A DNA stretch of 24,000 nt from Bacillota bacterium (GTDB taxonomy: Bacteria; Bacillota; Dethiobacteria; DTU022): NCBI GenBank assembly GCA_018400435.1, contig JAGYMW010000016.1, positions 13,347-37,346 of the forward strand. Direction: 5' to 3'. Within the stretch, counting starts at the first letter, position 1. Each line of letters opens with the position of its first letter. A model generated the notes under the pieces. The model ran no database searches and had not been told where the DNA came from. It was given only the letters and a program-made list of their open reading frames with translations. Shown one piece after another: positions 1 to 8,548 of the stretch. The position numbers and the translations under genes are program-made.

Positions 1-869
1 AAGCAATGAATGCTCTTAACCCTGTTGTCGTAGATCAATTGGAGAAAAATTTTGACTTAGCAGAAAAGAATCCCGATGTTAAAGCCATTGTTTTCAAGGG
101 AGCCGGGAAAGCCTTCATCGCCGGGGCAGACATAAAATTCTTTGTCAACAACATCAAGTCGGATAATGTTGATAAGACCTATGCATTCACCCGCAAGGGG
201 CATGATCTCCTCCTGCGCTTTGAAAACTCATCCAAAATGACTATAGCCCTTGTTGACGGCCTCTCTCTCGGCGGAGGCAGCGAGGTAGCTCTGGCCTGCC
301 AGGCCATTATAGCTACGCCCAACGGGTCTTTTGGCTTCCCCGAAACAAATATCGGCATCTTCCCCGGACTGGGAGGAATGATCCGCGTTGAAAGGCACCT
401 CGGTCTGGAGCTGGCCAAGTACTACATCTTCACCGGGAAAAATATTAGCGCAGAAGAAGCCTACGAACTTGGTATAGTAACAAAACTTGTCGAGCCCACT
501 GAAGTAGACAAAGCTATTAAAGAAGTCATTGCCGGCAGTAAATTTGACAAGTACCGTCCGCGTAAAATACCGGCCAAATATGACCAGGCCAAAGCAGTCT
601 GCACCTCGGAAAATGTTGAGCACCTGTTAAAAGGTAAAACACCGCAGGGCGTAGATCCGGAATTCGCTGAAAAAACAGCAAAAATTGTTGCCAAAAAAGC
701 CCCTGTTGCCCTGAAACTGGCCAATGAATTAATGGATGCTCAGTCCAGGGTCTCCATTAAAAAAGCCATCGATCTGGAACTGGGTAAACTTTACGATATC
801 TTTGCGACCGAAGATGCTCTGGCCGGCCTGCAGTCTCCCGGGCGCCCGCCAAAATACCAGGACAAATAA
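1..869 (+). CDS. Enoyl-CoA hydratase/isomerase (crotonase-fold) protein, 5'-partial (runs off window start)
   Basis: The frame of ORF 6..869 is open back to base 3, and the first residues (A-MNALN) match a position about 20 aa inside crotonases. It carries crotonase oxyanion-hole segments KAIVFKGAGKAFIAGADI and GGGSEVALAC..FGFPETNIGIFPGLGG. The stop is at 867..869. Confidence 0.8.
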   Translation, partial: AMNALNPVVVDQLEKNFDLAEKNPDVKAIVFKGAGKAFIAGADIKFFVNNIKSDNVDKTYAFTRKGHDLLLRFENSSKMTIALVDGLSLGGGSEVALACQAIIATPNGSFGFPETNIGIFPGLGGMIRVERHLGLELAKYYIFTGKNISAEEAYELGIVTKLVEPTEVDKAIKEVIAGSKFDKYRPRKIPAKYDQAKAVCTSENVEHLLKGKTPQGVDPEFAEKTAKIVAKKAPVALKLANELMDAQSRVSIKKAIDLELGKLYDIFATEDALAGLQSPGRPPKYQDK

Positions 870-902
870 AAATAAAAAAAATTAAAAGGAGAATAATCAC
901 TC

Positions 903-2093
903 ATGTTCACAAAAGCTTACATTCCATACAAGGGCTATTACAGTACTCCATTCTGCAAGTGGCAGGGCAGCTTACAAAATGATAATGCCATAGACCTGGG
1001 AGCTAAAACCAGCAAAAGCTGGTTCGAAAGCAGAGGTATCGACCCTAAAGTTGTGGAGTATCTTTATCTGGGGATAACCGTTGGCCAGCACCGCGTCTTT
1101 TTTGGTGCCACATGGCCAGCAGTACAAATGGGTGCACCCGATATCCCGGGTATGACGGTGATGCAGGCCTGTTCCACAGCCACCACTTCCCTTTTTAACG
1201 CCAGCGCATCAGTGGAAGTAGGCAATGTCAATACTGCATACTGTCTTCTGGTTGACAGGTGCTCCAACAGCCCCCATACCATCTGGCCAAATCCGCTTGG
1301 TCCAGGAGGCGAAATTATTTCAGAAGACTGGTTCATGGATAACGTGAAAGCCGATCCAGCCACCGGTTCAGGAATGCTGGTAACCGCTGAAAATGTGGCT
1401 GAACAGGAAGGTTTCACCCGCGAAGAAGCTGATGAGCTAACACTGCGCCGATATGAACAATATGCCGAATCGCTGGCTAATAACCGCGCTTTCCAAAAGC
1501 GCTTTATGTTCCCGGTTGAAGCAACCGTTTCCCGAAAGAAAACCAAGCTGATAGAAGAAGACGAGGGTATCGCTAGAACGTCAAAAGAAGCTCTTGCCCG
1601 CCTGAAACCGGTGGCCAAAGACGGTATTCATACTTTCGGGGCCCAGACTCACCCCGCTGATGCTAACGTGGGGATCCTGGTCACCAGTAAAGATAAAGCT
1701 GCTGAACTGAGCGCTGATCCCAACGTTGCCATCCAGGTAGTATCCTACGGTTATGCCCGGGCTAAAAAGGCTTACATGCCTACCGCCCCTGTTCCCGCAG
1801 TGCAGATGGCTCTTGAACGGGCCGGTAAAAAAGCGCAGGATATGGTATCCATTAAAAACCACAATCCCTTTATCGTCAATGACCTCTACCTGGCCAAGAA
1901 GCTCGGCATTGATGCTACTTCCTTTAACAATTACGGCAGTTCAATAGTCTGGGGACATCCTCAGGCACCCACTGCTGGACGACTGATCATCGAAGCAATA
2001 GAAGAAGCAGCTATCAAAGGCGGAGGATATGCCCTTGTATCCGGCTGTGCCGCAGGCGACACAGCAGCAGCGATTATCATAAAAATCAGCTAA
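903..2093 (+). CDS. Thiolase-family acyl-CoA C-acyltransferase-like protein
   Basis: 396 aa with an ATG start and an AAAGGAG SD 9 nt upstream. The N-terminus STPFCKWQGSL resembles thiolase RTPxGxFxGSL. The nucleophile Cys lies in MQACSTA, the His in VWGHPQAPTAGRL, and the C-terminal Cys in SGCAAGDTAAA. It is divergent from classic CxGGGxG thiolases. Confidence 0.8.
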   Translation: MFTKAYIPYKGYYSTPFCKWQGSLQNDNAIDLGAKTSKSWFESRGIDPKVVEYLYLGITVGQHRVFFGATWPAVQMGAPDIPGMTVMQACSTATTSLFNASASVEVGNVNTAYCLLVDRCSNSPHTIWPNPLGPGGEIISEDWFMDNVKADPATGSGMLVTAENVAEQEGFTREEADELTLRRYEQYAESLANNRAFQKRFMFPVEATVSRKKTKLIEEDEGIARTSKEALARLKPVAKDGIHTFGAQTHPADANVGILVTSKDKAAELSADPNVAIQVVSYGYARAKKAYMPTAPVPAVQMALERAGKKAQDMVSIKNHNPFIVNDLYLAKKLGIDATSFNNYGSSIVWGHPQAPTAGRLIIEAIEEAAIKGGGYALVSGCAAGDTAAAIIIKIS

Positions 2094-2106
2094 AACAGGA
2101 TAAATA

Positions 2107-2137
2107 AAAAAAGCCGGGTAAAAAACGCGGTTTTTTT
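2107..2137 (+). terminator. Candidate intrinsic terminator after thiolase gene
   Basis: It lies 14 nt after the stop. AAAAAAGCCG (2107-2116) can pair with CGGTTTTTT (2128-2137) around an 11-nt loop. Alternatively AAAAAAC-GCG-GTTTTTT (2120-2136) can form, followed by TTTTTTTTATTTTTT. The stem is AT-rich and weak. Confidence 0.3.
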
Positions 2138-2417
2138 TATTTTTTAACTAAAGCTTTCCCACAGATATCGCTCTACCTATACCTGAACAATACAACAGCA
2201 CAGCACCTAATCAGCTTATTGAGCTTATTCAATACTGCCTGGGAAAAGGCGTCAATTATATTGGCTTTAGATATCCCTACCGACAGGAAAAACAAAAATA
2301 TTTATTCAGTGTAATCGGTCAGGCTCTAAAGTGCTCTTTCCAGAATTCAACAAAATTTTTTCTTACTATACCTTAGTGAGGCATGTTTATTTACAAGATA
2401 ACAAGTGATGTTTTTAA

Positions 2418-3266
2418 TCAATTTTCTCTCCAGTTCCAGTCTCTTCCACCCTTGAATACATTGGCATTCATCTCAATGCTAATGAAGAGATTGGCATCGG
2501 GGAAACGCTGCACCATGTTGTAATAAAAGTTACCCACATCATCGGTGTTGGCCAATTCTTCATCCGTAGCGATAAGGTAATCCCTTGTGAAATCGAAGGA
2601 ACTCCAGTCAAAAGGCATGCCCGGTTTCTGATGGCCGGGTATGACTACTTCCGGATTCATTCTCTCAAGACAACCGATATCCTCAATCCACTGTTTCCGT
2701 TCCTTCGATGTAATTTCGCAGGTAAAAGGGTGGGCCTGGTTAAATAAAACATCACTGCCATAAAGTGTTTTTATCGATGGGATCCAGACCACCGAATTGT
2801 ATTTCAGATCACCCATTACACTGGGAATTATTTCAATACGGTGCCCTTCCAGTTCAAAATAATTTTCCTTCAGAGGCTCAATTTCCACCGTTTTCCGGCA
2901 GATATTGGTTTTGCCGATCACTGCTTCCCAGTGTTCAATTTTTCCAAAAAACTGGTCATTGATGGTATCACATGTATCGGGGAGAGCAATCACTCTTGCT
3001 TCCGGAAAAGCTTCCGCAATATGCCCTGTTCCAAAATAATGATCGGGATGGGCATGAGTAACATAAATTGTTTTTAGCTGTTTCCCTGTTTCCAACACTT
3101 CAGCGATAACCCGGTGAGCATTTGATTGTGTCCACTGGGTATCTATTAAAGCAGCATCCTCTTCACCCATCACTATTACCGATGCCACTTCAAACCCTTT
3201 TTCATCGCTAAAAAATACTTTTGTTGAAAGAAAATTCTTCCCATGCGTATTCAATACAACTTCCAT
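2418..3266 (-). CDS. MBL-fold metallo-hydrolase
   Basis: 282 aa. It has the HxHxDH metal motif in YVTHAHPDHYFG and downstream His/Asp ligands (VIPGHQKPG). The start is ATG with a GGAGGA SD 6 nt upstream. Confidence 0.8.
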   Translation of the reverse strand: MEVVLNTHGKNFLSTKVFFSDEKGFEVASVIVMGEEDAALIDTQWTQSNAHRVIAEVLETGKQLKTIYVTHAHPDHYFGTGHIAEAFPEARVIALPDTCDTINDQFFGKIEHWEAVIGKTNICRKTVEIEPLKENYFELEGHRIEIIPSVMGDLKYNSVVWIPSIKTLYGSDVLFNQAHPFTCEITSKERKQWIEDIGCLERMNPEVVIPGHQKPGMPFDWSSFDFTRDYLIATDEELANTDDVGNFYYNMVQRFPDANLFISIEMNANVFKGGRDWNWREN

Positions 3267-3321
3267 ACAAATCCTCCTCTGGTATAGTAACCCTGCGAAT
3301 ACGTAATCATTGGCTATATCT

Positions 3322-3593
3322 TCAGTGTTGATAAATCCTTCGATAATCTCTCCTGTCTGTTGGCTTAAATATCATAATCAAAATCATCCAACAAATAGGC
3401 AAGAGAACAGCAGTTACCGGTATGCCAAAAAACATCCAATCAAAAAAACCGACCCGAATTCCCGAATATGTTTCCAGCAGTTTTAAAATAAGAATGTTGA
3501 TGGAACTGCCGGCAGGAGTCATAATCTCTCCGATTTCTCCTCCCCAGAGCAAACTATCACTAACAGTTCCGGGAGTACAGATCCGGTCCGCTA
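3322..3593 (-). pseudogene. Internal remnant (about 90 codons) of an ion-transporter-superfamily permease (DASS/CitT/ArsB-like)
   Basis: The frame is open from inside the yraN 3' end down to the stop at 3322. It translates to ..SLLWGGEIGEIMTPAGSSINILILKLLETYSGIRVGFFDWMFFGIPVTAVLLPICWMILIMIFKP. This matches the re-entrant hairpin GGxxTPxGSxxN plus the following TM helix of 450-500 aa anion symporters. It has no N-terminal or C-terminal parts, no SD and no credible start. Confidence 0.45.
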
Positions 3594-3965
3594 TTATCTG
3601 CTGAGAATGCCTTTAAGATGTTTCAATTCCTGTGCGGCCATTTCTTTTTTATCAAGCATTACGGCTATTAAATCCAGACGGCATGATGTACTATTTAATT
3701 TTTTTTGCTGCAGATAAAAAAACACCAGTCTACGCAACTGGCGGGCCTTCCTGAGATCAATCGATTCTTCCGGTCTTCCATATGCCGTACCGGTTTTAGT
3801 TCTTACTTCGACAAAAACCAGAGTTTTCCCCTCCCGGGCTATGATATCTATTTCTCCAATTGTACAGCGGTAATTTGTTTCGATAATTTCATAACCTTTA
3901 TTTTCCAGGTACACCCTGGCCGCTTGTTCTCCGGCCATGCCAACCCGTCGGCGCTGCTGGGTCAT
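3594..3965 (-). CDS. yraN: YraN-family (UPF0102) predicted endonuclease
   Basis: The family pattern is present: GxxGEQAARVYLENKGYEIIETNYRCTIGEIDIIAREGKTLVFVEVRTKT. The start is ambiguous: I prefer ATG at 3965, with GTG at 3977 as the alternative. It sits after rnhB, as in other Firmicutes. Confidence 0.8.
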   Translation of the reverse strand: MTQQRRRVGMAGEQAARVYLENKGYEIIETNYRCTIGEIDIIAREGKTLVFVEVRTKTGTAYGRPEESIDLRKARQLRRLVFFYLQQKKLNSTSCRLDLIAVMLDKKEMAAQELKHLKGILSR

Positions 3966-4108
3966 GCATTCCGTCACTCCATTCTTATTAGAGCAAACCG
4001 TTGATACTGAATAATTGTACCGTCAGATCCAAACATTTACGGCGTTGCTATATAATCAAATATATCGATATTTTTCCCTGACGCTTCATCTCAAATCTTT
4101 TTTAATCT

Positions 4109-4873
4109 TTAAGTCAAGCGAAATGAGCGGCGGTGAACAAGGCAGGGACCATAACGCCTCAGGGCAGAACGATGTTCTGCTGTACCATAGCCCATGTTTC
4201 GATCAAAACCATAAACAGGATACTGCCGATGGAGATCAAGCATGACTCTATCCCTGGCCACTTTGGCCAAAATTGACGCCGCGGCAATGGAAAGTGAGAG
4301 CCGATCTCCACTCTTCAAGACCTTTTGCCGGTAAGGACATCGCAGGATGGAAAATCCGTCAACAAGAAGATAATCTGGTTTGCAGGCAAGCGCATTAACT
4401 GCCCTAAGCATGGCCAGCATTGAGGCGGCATGAATGTTAATTCGATCAATTTCCTCTCTCGAAGCACTGCCAATTGCATAAGCTTCAGCATCGATAATAA
4501 TTCGCTCAAAAAGCTTTTCTCTCGTACAGGCTGACAATTGTTTGGAATCATTTAATCCTTCAATCAACAAATCCTGTTTGAGGATTACCGCAGCAGCAAA
4601 AACCGGGCCGGCCAGAGGGCCGCGTCCTGCTTCATCAACACCTGCGACTGATTCATATCCTTGATGCCAGAGCTGCTCCTCCTCAAGAAACATTTTTTTG
4701 AGGCGCAATTCCTCCGCCTCGCGCGCTTCCGTCTTCTTTTTAAAACGTTCCAGCAGGTAAGCTGCTCCCCGACGCGAATCATTTTGCAAAAACCGGGCCT
4801 CTTCAACAGACAACTTGTCCCTTTCAGCAAGAAGGGTATCGATTTCTAAAAGCGTCATTCCTTTAAAAGGCAA
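4109..4873 (-). CDS. rnhB: Ribonuclease HII
   Basis: It has the catalytic motif GVDEAGRGPLAGPV, plus DSKQLS and the Firmicutes-type N-terminal extension. The start is TTG at 4873 with AGGAGG 10 nt upstream. The internal ATG at 4858 has no usable SD spacing. Confidence 0.9.
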   Translation of the reverse strand: MPFKGMTLLEIDTLLAERDKLSVEEARFLQNDSRRGAAYLLERFKKKTEAREAEELRLKKMFLEEEQLWHQGYESVAGVDEAGRGPLAGPVFAAAVILKQDLLIEGLNDSKQLSACTREKLFERIIIDAEAYAIGSASREEIDRINIHAASMLAMLRAVNALACKPDYLLVDGFSILRCPYRQKVLKSGDRLSLSIAAASILAKVARDRVMLDLHRQYPVYGFDRNMGYGTAEHRSALRRYGPCLVHRRSFRLT

Positions 4874-4905
4874 GACCGAACCACCTCCTGCTGTTTAATC
4901 ATTCT

Positions 4906-5739
4906 TTAAACCGGAACTTCCTCAAGGGTAATCCTGCCCAGCGCTCCCTCCTGGAAATCGTGAAGCAGGGAAGCGGCTGCCCTGTCTAAATCCGGTTTGC
5001 CAGCAGATTGTAAATAACCGAACTTATAAGCAATATCTTCCAACAAACCGGCCTCGCTTTGCCCTCCTGTCCCATTATACTTTTTCTGCATAAAACTGAA
5101 TATACCGTTCTCTTGATAGAAGTTAATTAACCACGAAACAGTATTCTGCAGGTCATAGCGACCGGCCGGTATGGCTCCCACTACCGCCAGGGGATAACTT
5201 GAATCTTCCGTTATTTTTGGCCAGAGAATGCCAGGCGTATCAAGCAGCTCTATTTCCGGATGAATACGAATCCACTGCCGCCCCCTTGTAATACCAGGTT
5301 GGTTGCCTGTCTTGACAGCAGATTTTTTTAAAAAATAATTAATAAGCGTCGATTTCCCCACATTGGGTATCCCGACAACCATCATCCGCAGGGGACGCCT
5401 GAACCGGCTTCGTTTTTTCCCCGACTTTTCCCGCTTTAAATAACGCATCAACTGATTAATTGATTGTTTATCATAAATGCTAAAACTGATGGCGTCCTGA
5501 TCCCTTTCCTTAAAATGAGAAAGCCAGTGCCCGGTAGCGTCAGGATCAGCCCTGTCCGCTTTATGCAGCAGAAGAAGAGTCTTCTTCTCTGCGAGCAATC
5601 TGGCAAATAATGGATTGTGGCTGCTGATGGGGATGCGTGCATCAAGCAGCTCTATAACAATATCAACTGACTTTATATCCTGGCGGAGTTGATTAACAGA
5701 TCGGGCCATATTGCCGGGGTACCACTGTCCCTCTCTCAA
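4906..5739 (-). CDS. rbgA: Ribosome biogenesis GTPase A (YlqF/RbgA), circularly permuted GTPase
   Basis: It begins with the QWYPGNMARS N-terminus. The G motifs are circularly permuted: LHKAD (G4) precedes GIPNVGKSTLIN (G1) and DTPGILWP (G3). The TTG start overlaps the lepB stop (TTGA). Confidence 0.9.
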   Translation of the reverse strand: MREGQWYPGNMARSVNQLRQDIKSVDIVIELLDARIPISSHNPLFARLLAEKKTLLLLHKADRADPDATGHWLSHFKERDQDAISFSIYDKQSINQLMRYLKREKSGKKRSRFRRPLRMMVVGIPNVGKSTLINYFLKKSAVKTGNQPGITRGRQWIRIHPEIELLDTPGILWPKITEDSSYPLAVVGAIPAGRYDLQNTVSWLINFYQENGIFSFMQKKYNGTGGQSEAGLLEDIAYKFGYLQSAGKPDLDRAAASLLHDFQEGALGRITLEEVPV

Positions 5740-6269
5740 GGACTCCGCACCTCATCTCCGATTCCCCGGGCTTCCCAGAGAGGCCAGAAAATAAAAAAAG
5801 CTTTCCCTTTCAGTGAATCAAGCGATATAAAACCGACCCGTGGATCCCTGCTATCCATACTGTTGCACCGGTAATCTCCAAGCAAAAAAATATACCCCGG
5901 TGGTACTTCCACTGGACCGAAATCGGCCATCTCCATGTCATCCAGCAAATAAGGTTCATTCAGGACTGCACCGTTGAGATAAACCTGTCCAGTTTTTATT
6001 TCGACCCGGTCGCCACCGACTCCGATCACCCTTTTTATAAAATCACGGCCGGGTTGGTACTCAAATACCACAATATCACCCAGCTGCGGTTCATCGAAGT
6101 AATAAACAACTTTGTTTACCATCAGGCGTTCTGTTTCCTCCATGGTGGGATACATTGATCGCCCCTCGACAACAAAAACTTCGAACAAGAAAAGGCGGAT
6201 CAGAATCGCCAGAACAACAGCAATCAGAATGGATCTGATCCATTCCCAGGCTTCTCTCCATTTTCCCAA
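5736..6269 (-). CDS. lepB: Signal peptidase I
   Basis: It has an N-terminal TM helix, the catalytic Ser box EGRSMYPTM, the Lys box DFIKRVIGVGGD, and the GDYRCNSMDSR box. The start is TTG at 6269. Confidence 0.9.
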   Translation of the reverse strand: MGKWREAWEWIRSILIAVVLAILIRLFLFEVFVVEGRSMYPTMEETERLMVNKVVYYFDEPQLGDIVVFEYQPGRDFIKRVIGVGGDRVEIKTGQVYLNGAVLNEPYLLDDMEMADFGPVEVPPGYIFLLGDYRCNSMDSRDPRVGFISLDSLKGKAFFIFWPLWEARGIGDEVRSP

Positions 6270-6287
6270 TTAGATCATCCCCATCTA

Positions 6288-6632
6288 TCAGCGGCGTTCT
6301 TTAATACGGGCAGCTTTACCGGTAAGCTTACGCAGATAATAGAGCTTCGCTCTGCGGACACGCCCTTTTTTTACCACCTCAATTTTGCTAATTGACGGTG
6401 AATGGATCGGGAAAACTCTTTCCACACCAATGCCGAAGGTGACCCTCCTGACAGTGAATGTTTCCCTTGCTCCACTGCCCTGTCTCCTGATCACAACACC
6501 TTCAAACACCTGGACTCTTTCACGACCCCCTTCAACAACCCGGACATGAACTTTCACCGTATCTCCTGCCGAAAACGGCGGCAGATCGTCTTTCATGTTT
6601 CGCTTTTCTACTTCCTTTAAAAAGTCTGTCAC
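6288..6632 (-). CDS. rplS: 50S ribosomal protein L19
   Basis: 114 aa with the L19 pattern [40 protein letters not shown]. The start is GTG with GGAGG 8 nt upstream. Confidence 0.95.
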   Translation of the reverse strand: MTDFLKEVEKRNMKDDLPPFSAGDTVKVHVRVVEGGRERVQVFEGVVIRRQGSGARETFTVRRVTFGIGVERVFPIHSPSISKIEVVKKGRVRRAKLYYLRKLTGKAARIKERR

Positions 6633-6662
6633 GCTTTCAACCTCCTATCGATCAATGCATAA

Positions 6663-7421
6663 TTATAACACATTATTCTGATCAGATTGCTCATTTTTTA
6701 ATGTATCCAGATAAATCCTGTCTTCATTTTTTAGCTCAGTTTTGCTGAGTAGTTCAGGTCGTCTTTGATAAGTCCTCAGGATCGACTGTTTCCTCCGCCA
6801 GTGCTCAATTTCAGCATGGTTTCCCGATAGAAGTACCGCCGGCACTTCCATACCCCGGAATACAGCCGGGCGGGTATAATGCGGATATTCAAGCAACGAT
6901 TCGGTGAAAGATTCATTTTCTGCCGCCTCCACGGAAAGGAAACCTGGCAAGAGCCGGACCACAGCATCACAAACTACAGCAGCAGCCAACTCGCCTCCGG
7001 TGAGGACAAAATCGCCAATTGAAAGTTCTTCCTCGACCAGTCCCAGGCGGACCCGTTCATCCACCCCTTCGTAGTGGCCGCAGATTAATATCAGATGTTT
7101 GAGGTCGGCCAGCTCGCTCGCCTTTTCCTGATTGAATGTATCCCCCTGCGGGGTCAGTAGAATTACCCTTTCATTACCGCCCCTTGTTTTATCAGATCGT
7201 AGGTCTTCAACTGCTTTATAAAGGGGCTCCGGTTTAAAAATCATTCCCCGGCCTCCCCCGTATGGAGAATCGTCCACCTGGTGATGACGGTCTTCCGTGT
7301 ATTGCCGCAGGTCAACTGGATTAATTTCCACCAGGTTCTGATCGATCGCTCTTTTAATCATGCTTTCCCTAAACGGCCCATCAAACATGCCGGGGAAAAT
7401 CGTCAGTATATCTATCCTCAT
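6663..7421 (-). CDS. trmD: tRNA (guanine37-N1)-methyltransferase
   Basis: The N-terminus reads MRIDILTIFPGMFDGPF, followed by DDSPYGGGRGM and LICGHYEGVDERV (SPOUT/TrmD motifs). The start is ATG. Confidence 0.95.
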   Translation of the reverse strand: MRIDILTIFPGMFDGPFRESMIKRAIDQNLVEINPVDLRQYTEDRHHQVDDSPYGGGRGMIFKPEPLYKAVEDLRSDKTRGGNERVILLTPQGDTFNQEKASELADLKHLILICGHYEGVDERVRLGLVEEELSIGDFVLTGGELAAAVVCDAVVRLLPGFLSVEAAENESFTESLLEYPHYTRPAVFRGMEVPAVLLSGNHAEIEHWRRKQSILRTYQRRPELLSKTELKNEDRIYLDTLKNEQSDQNNVL

Positions 7422-7444
7422 TGTCCTTCACCGGTCTTCCTGTC

Positions 7445-7981
7445 TTATAATTCCAGGAGTCCTTCCGGCAGCTCTACTTCAACTATCCCGTCTTCAAGAT
7501 CAACCCGCTTAACAATCTTCCTCACTGCCGGAATTAAAACTGTTTTTTTCTCTTGATCATCTTTCTGCATTATTAAAAGATCATGGCCGCCTGTATTCAG
7601 AATATCGACAACCCTGCCCAGCAGTTCGCCTGCACTGAATATTTGCAAGCCAATTATCTGATCATGATAATAAGTGCCTTCAGGCAGGGACAGCCGCTCC
7701 GATTGGGGGATCATGAGTAAAGCTCCCTTCAAAACCAGAGCTTCATCCCGGCTCTCAATGCCTTTAAACTTTATCAACCAGAGAGGACCGAATACGGAAC
7801 CTTTTTCTACAGTCATCCAGCAGGATTGAGATTCATGCTGCAGCAGTACTTTCTCAAGTTGAGTAACCCTTTCAGGAAAATCGCTGCAGGGATAAACCTT
7901 AACCAGTCCTTTCACACCATGTGGTGAAAGAATTTTACCAATGACTGCTTTCTGAAGGTCATTGGACAATTTCAACAACAA
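7445..7981 (-). CDS. rimM: 16S rRNA processing protein RimM
   Basis: It shows the RimM pattern VIGKILSPHGVKGLVKVYP and a PRC-barrel C-terminus. The start is uncertain: four in-frame TTG codons lie between 7969 and 7981, overlapping the 3' end of the KH-protein gene. Confidence 0.85.
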   Translation of the reverse strand: MLLKLSNDLQKAVIGKILSPHGVKGLVKVYPCSDFPERVTQLEKVLLQHESQSCWMTVEKGSVFGPLWLIKFKGIESRDEALVLKGALLMIPQSERLSLPEGTYYHDQIIGLQIFSAGELLGRVVDILNTGGHDLLIMQKDDQEKKTVLIPAVRKIVKRVDLEDGIVEVELPEGLLEL

Positions 7982-8189
7982 CCCGTTTGCTTTCTTTAAC
8001 AGCAGCCGCGTTGATCACTGTCCTGATAGCTTTGGCAATACGGCCCTGTTTGCCAATAACCTTGCCCATATCATCCGGAGCCACTCTCAGTTCAAGAATA
8101 ATTGATTTTTCACTTTCAACCTGCCGGACCTCGACCCGCTCAGGATCGTCAACCAGCGCTTTGGCCAAATGCTCCAGAAGCTGCTTCAT
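7959..8189 (-). CDS. ylqC: KH-domain RNA-binding protein (YlqC/UPF0109 family)
   Basis: 76 aa with the KH GxxG loop in VIGKQGRIAKAIRTV. It occupies the conserved position between rpsP and rimM. Confidence 0.85.
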   Translation of the reverse strand: MKQLLEHLAKALVDDPERVEVRQVESEKSIILELRVAPDDMGKVIGKQGRIAKAIRTVINAAAVKESKRVVVEIVQ

Positions 8190-8215
8190 TGTTGGTAACC
8201 TCCCTGCAGAGCTGA

Positions 8216-8458
8216 TTATTTCAGGCCTGCTTTTTCAAAAAGAGCTTTCACTCTATCGGACGGGCGCGCTCCTTTGGAAATCCACTGCATAGCCTTTTCT
8301 GAGTCAACTTCGAATGTGGTCGGGGTGGTAGTGGGGTTATAATAACCTATTTCTTCAATAAAACGTCCATCCCTTGGATAGCGGGAATCAGCCACCACTA
8401 TGCGATAAAAAGGTTTTTTCTTTGCTCCCATTCGTTTTAACCTGATCCTTACTGCCAA
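8216..8458 (-). CDS. rpsP: 30S ribosomal protein S16
   Basis: A start at TTG 8458 gives the canonical N-terminus [24 protein letters not shown], with GGAGG 8 nt upstream. The GTG at 8467 used by the ORF track lies inside that SD. Confidence 0.95.
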   Translation of the reverse strand: MAVRIRLKRMGAKKKPFYRIVVADSRYPRDGRFIEEIGYYNPTTTPTTFEVDSEKAMQWISKGARPSDRVKALFEKAGLK

Positions 8459-8548
8459 CTGTTTCACCTCCGCATGGACTATTAATTTGTTTTATCGGCA
8501 AAAATCTCTGCCCATCTATGAAAAACCGGTTTGGAGCCGGCTTGCTTT

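Noticed and set aside
1064-1618. Long antisense or shadow ORFs listed in the six-frame track. Examples are 1064..1618(-), 228..623(-), 10686..11135(-), 11731..12030(+), 13307..13702(+), 15781..16362(+) and 22751..22990(+).
   Set aside because: Each lies entirely inside a strongly supported, motif-bearing gene on the other strand or frame. Their translations are low-complexity (Ser/Arg/Pro/Leu-rich) with no recognisable motifs and no SD.
4062-4071. A 10-bp palindrome, ATATCGATAT, in the rnhB-yraN spacer.
   Set aside because: It is short and AT-rich and contains a ClaI-type site. Such a palindrome is expected by chance in an AT-rich spacer, and no partner half-sites are present.
8526-8545. A small hairpin, AAGCCGG-ctccaaa-CCGGTTT, right after the ffh stop, considered as a possible attenuator before rpsP.
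   Set aside because: It has only 4 G-C pairs plus A-T and G-U extensions and a short T-run. That is too weak to call from sequence alone.
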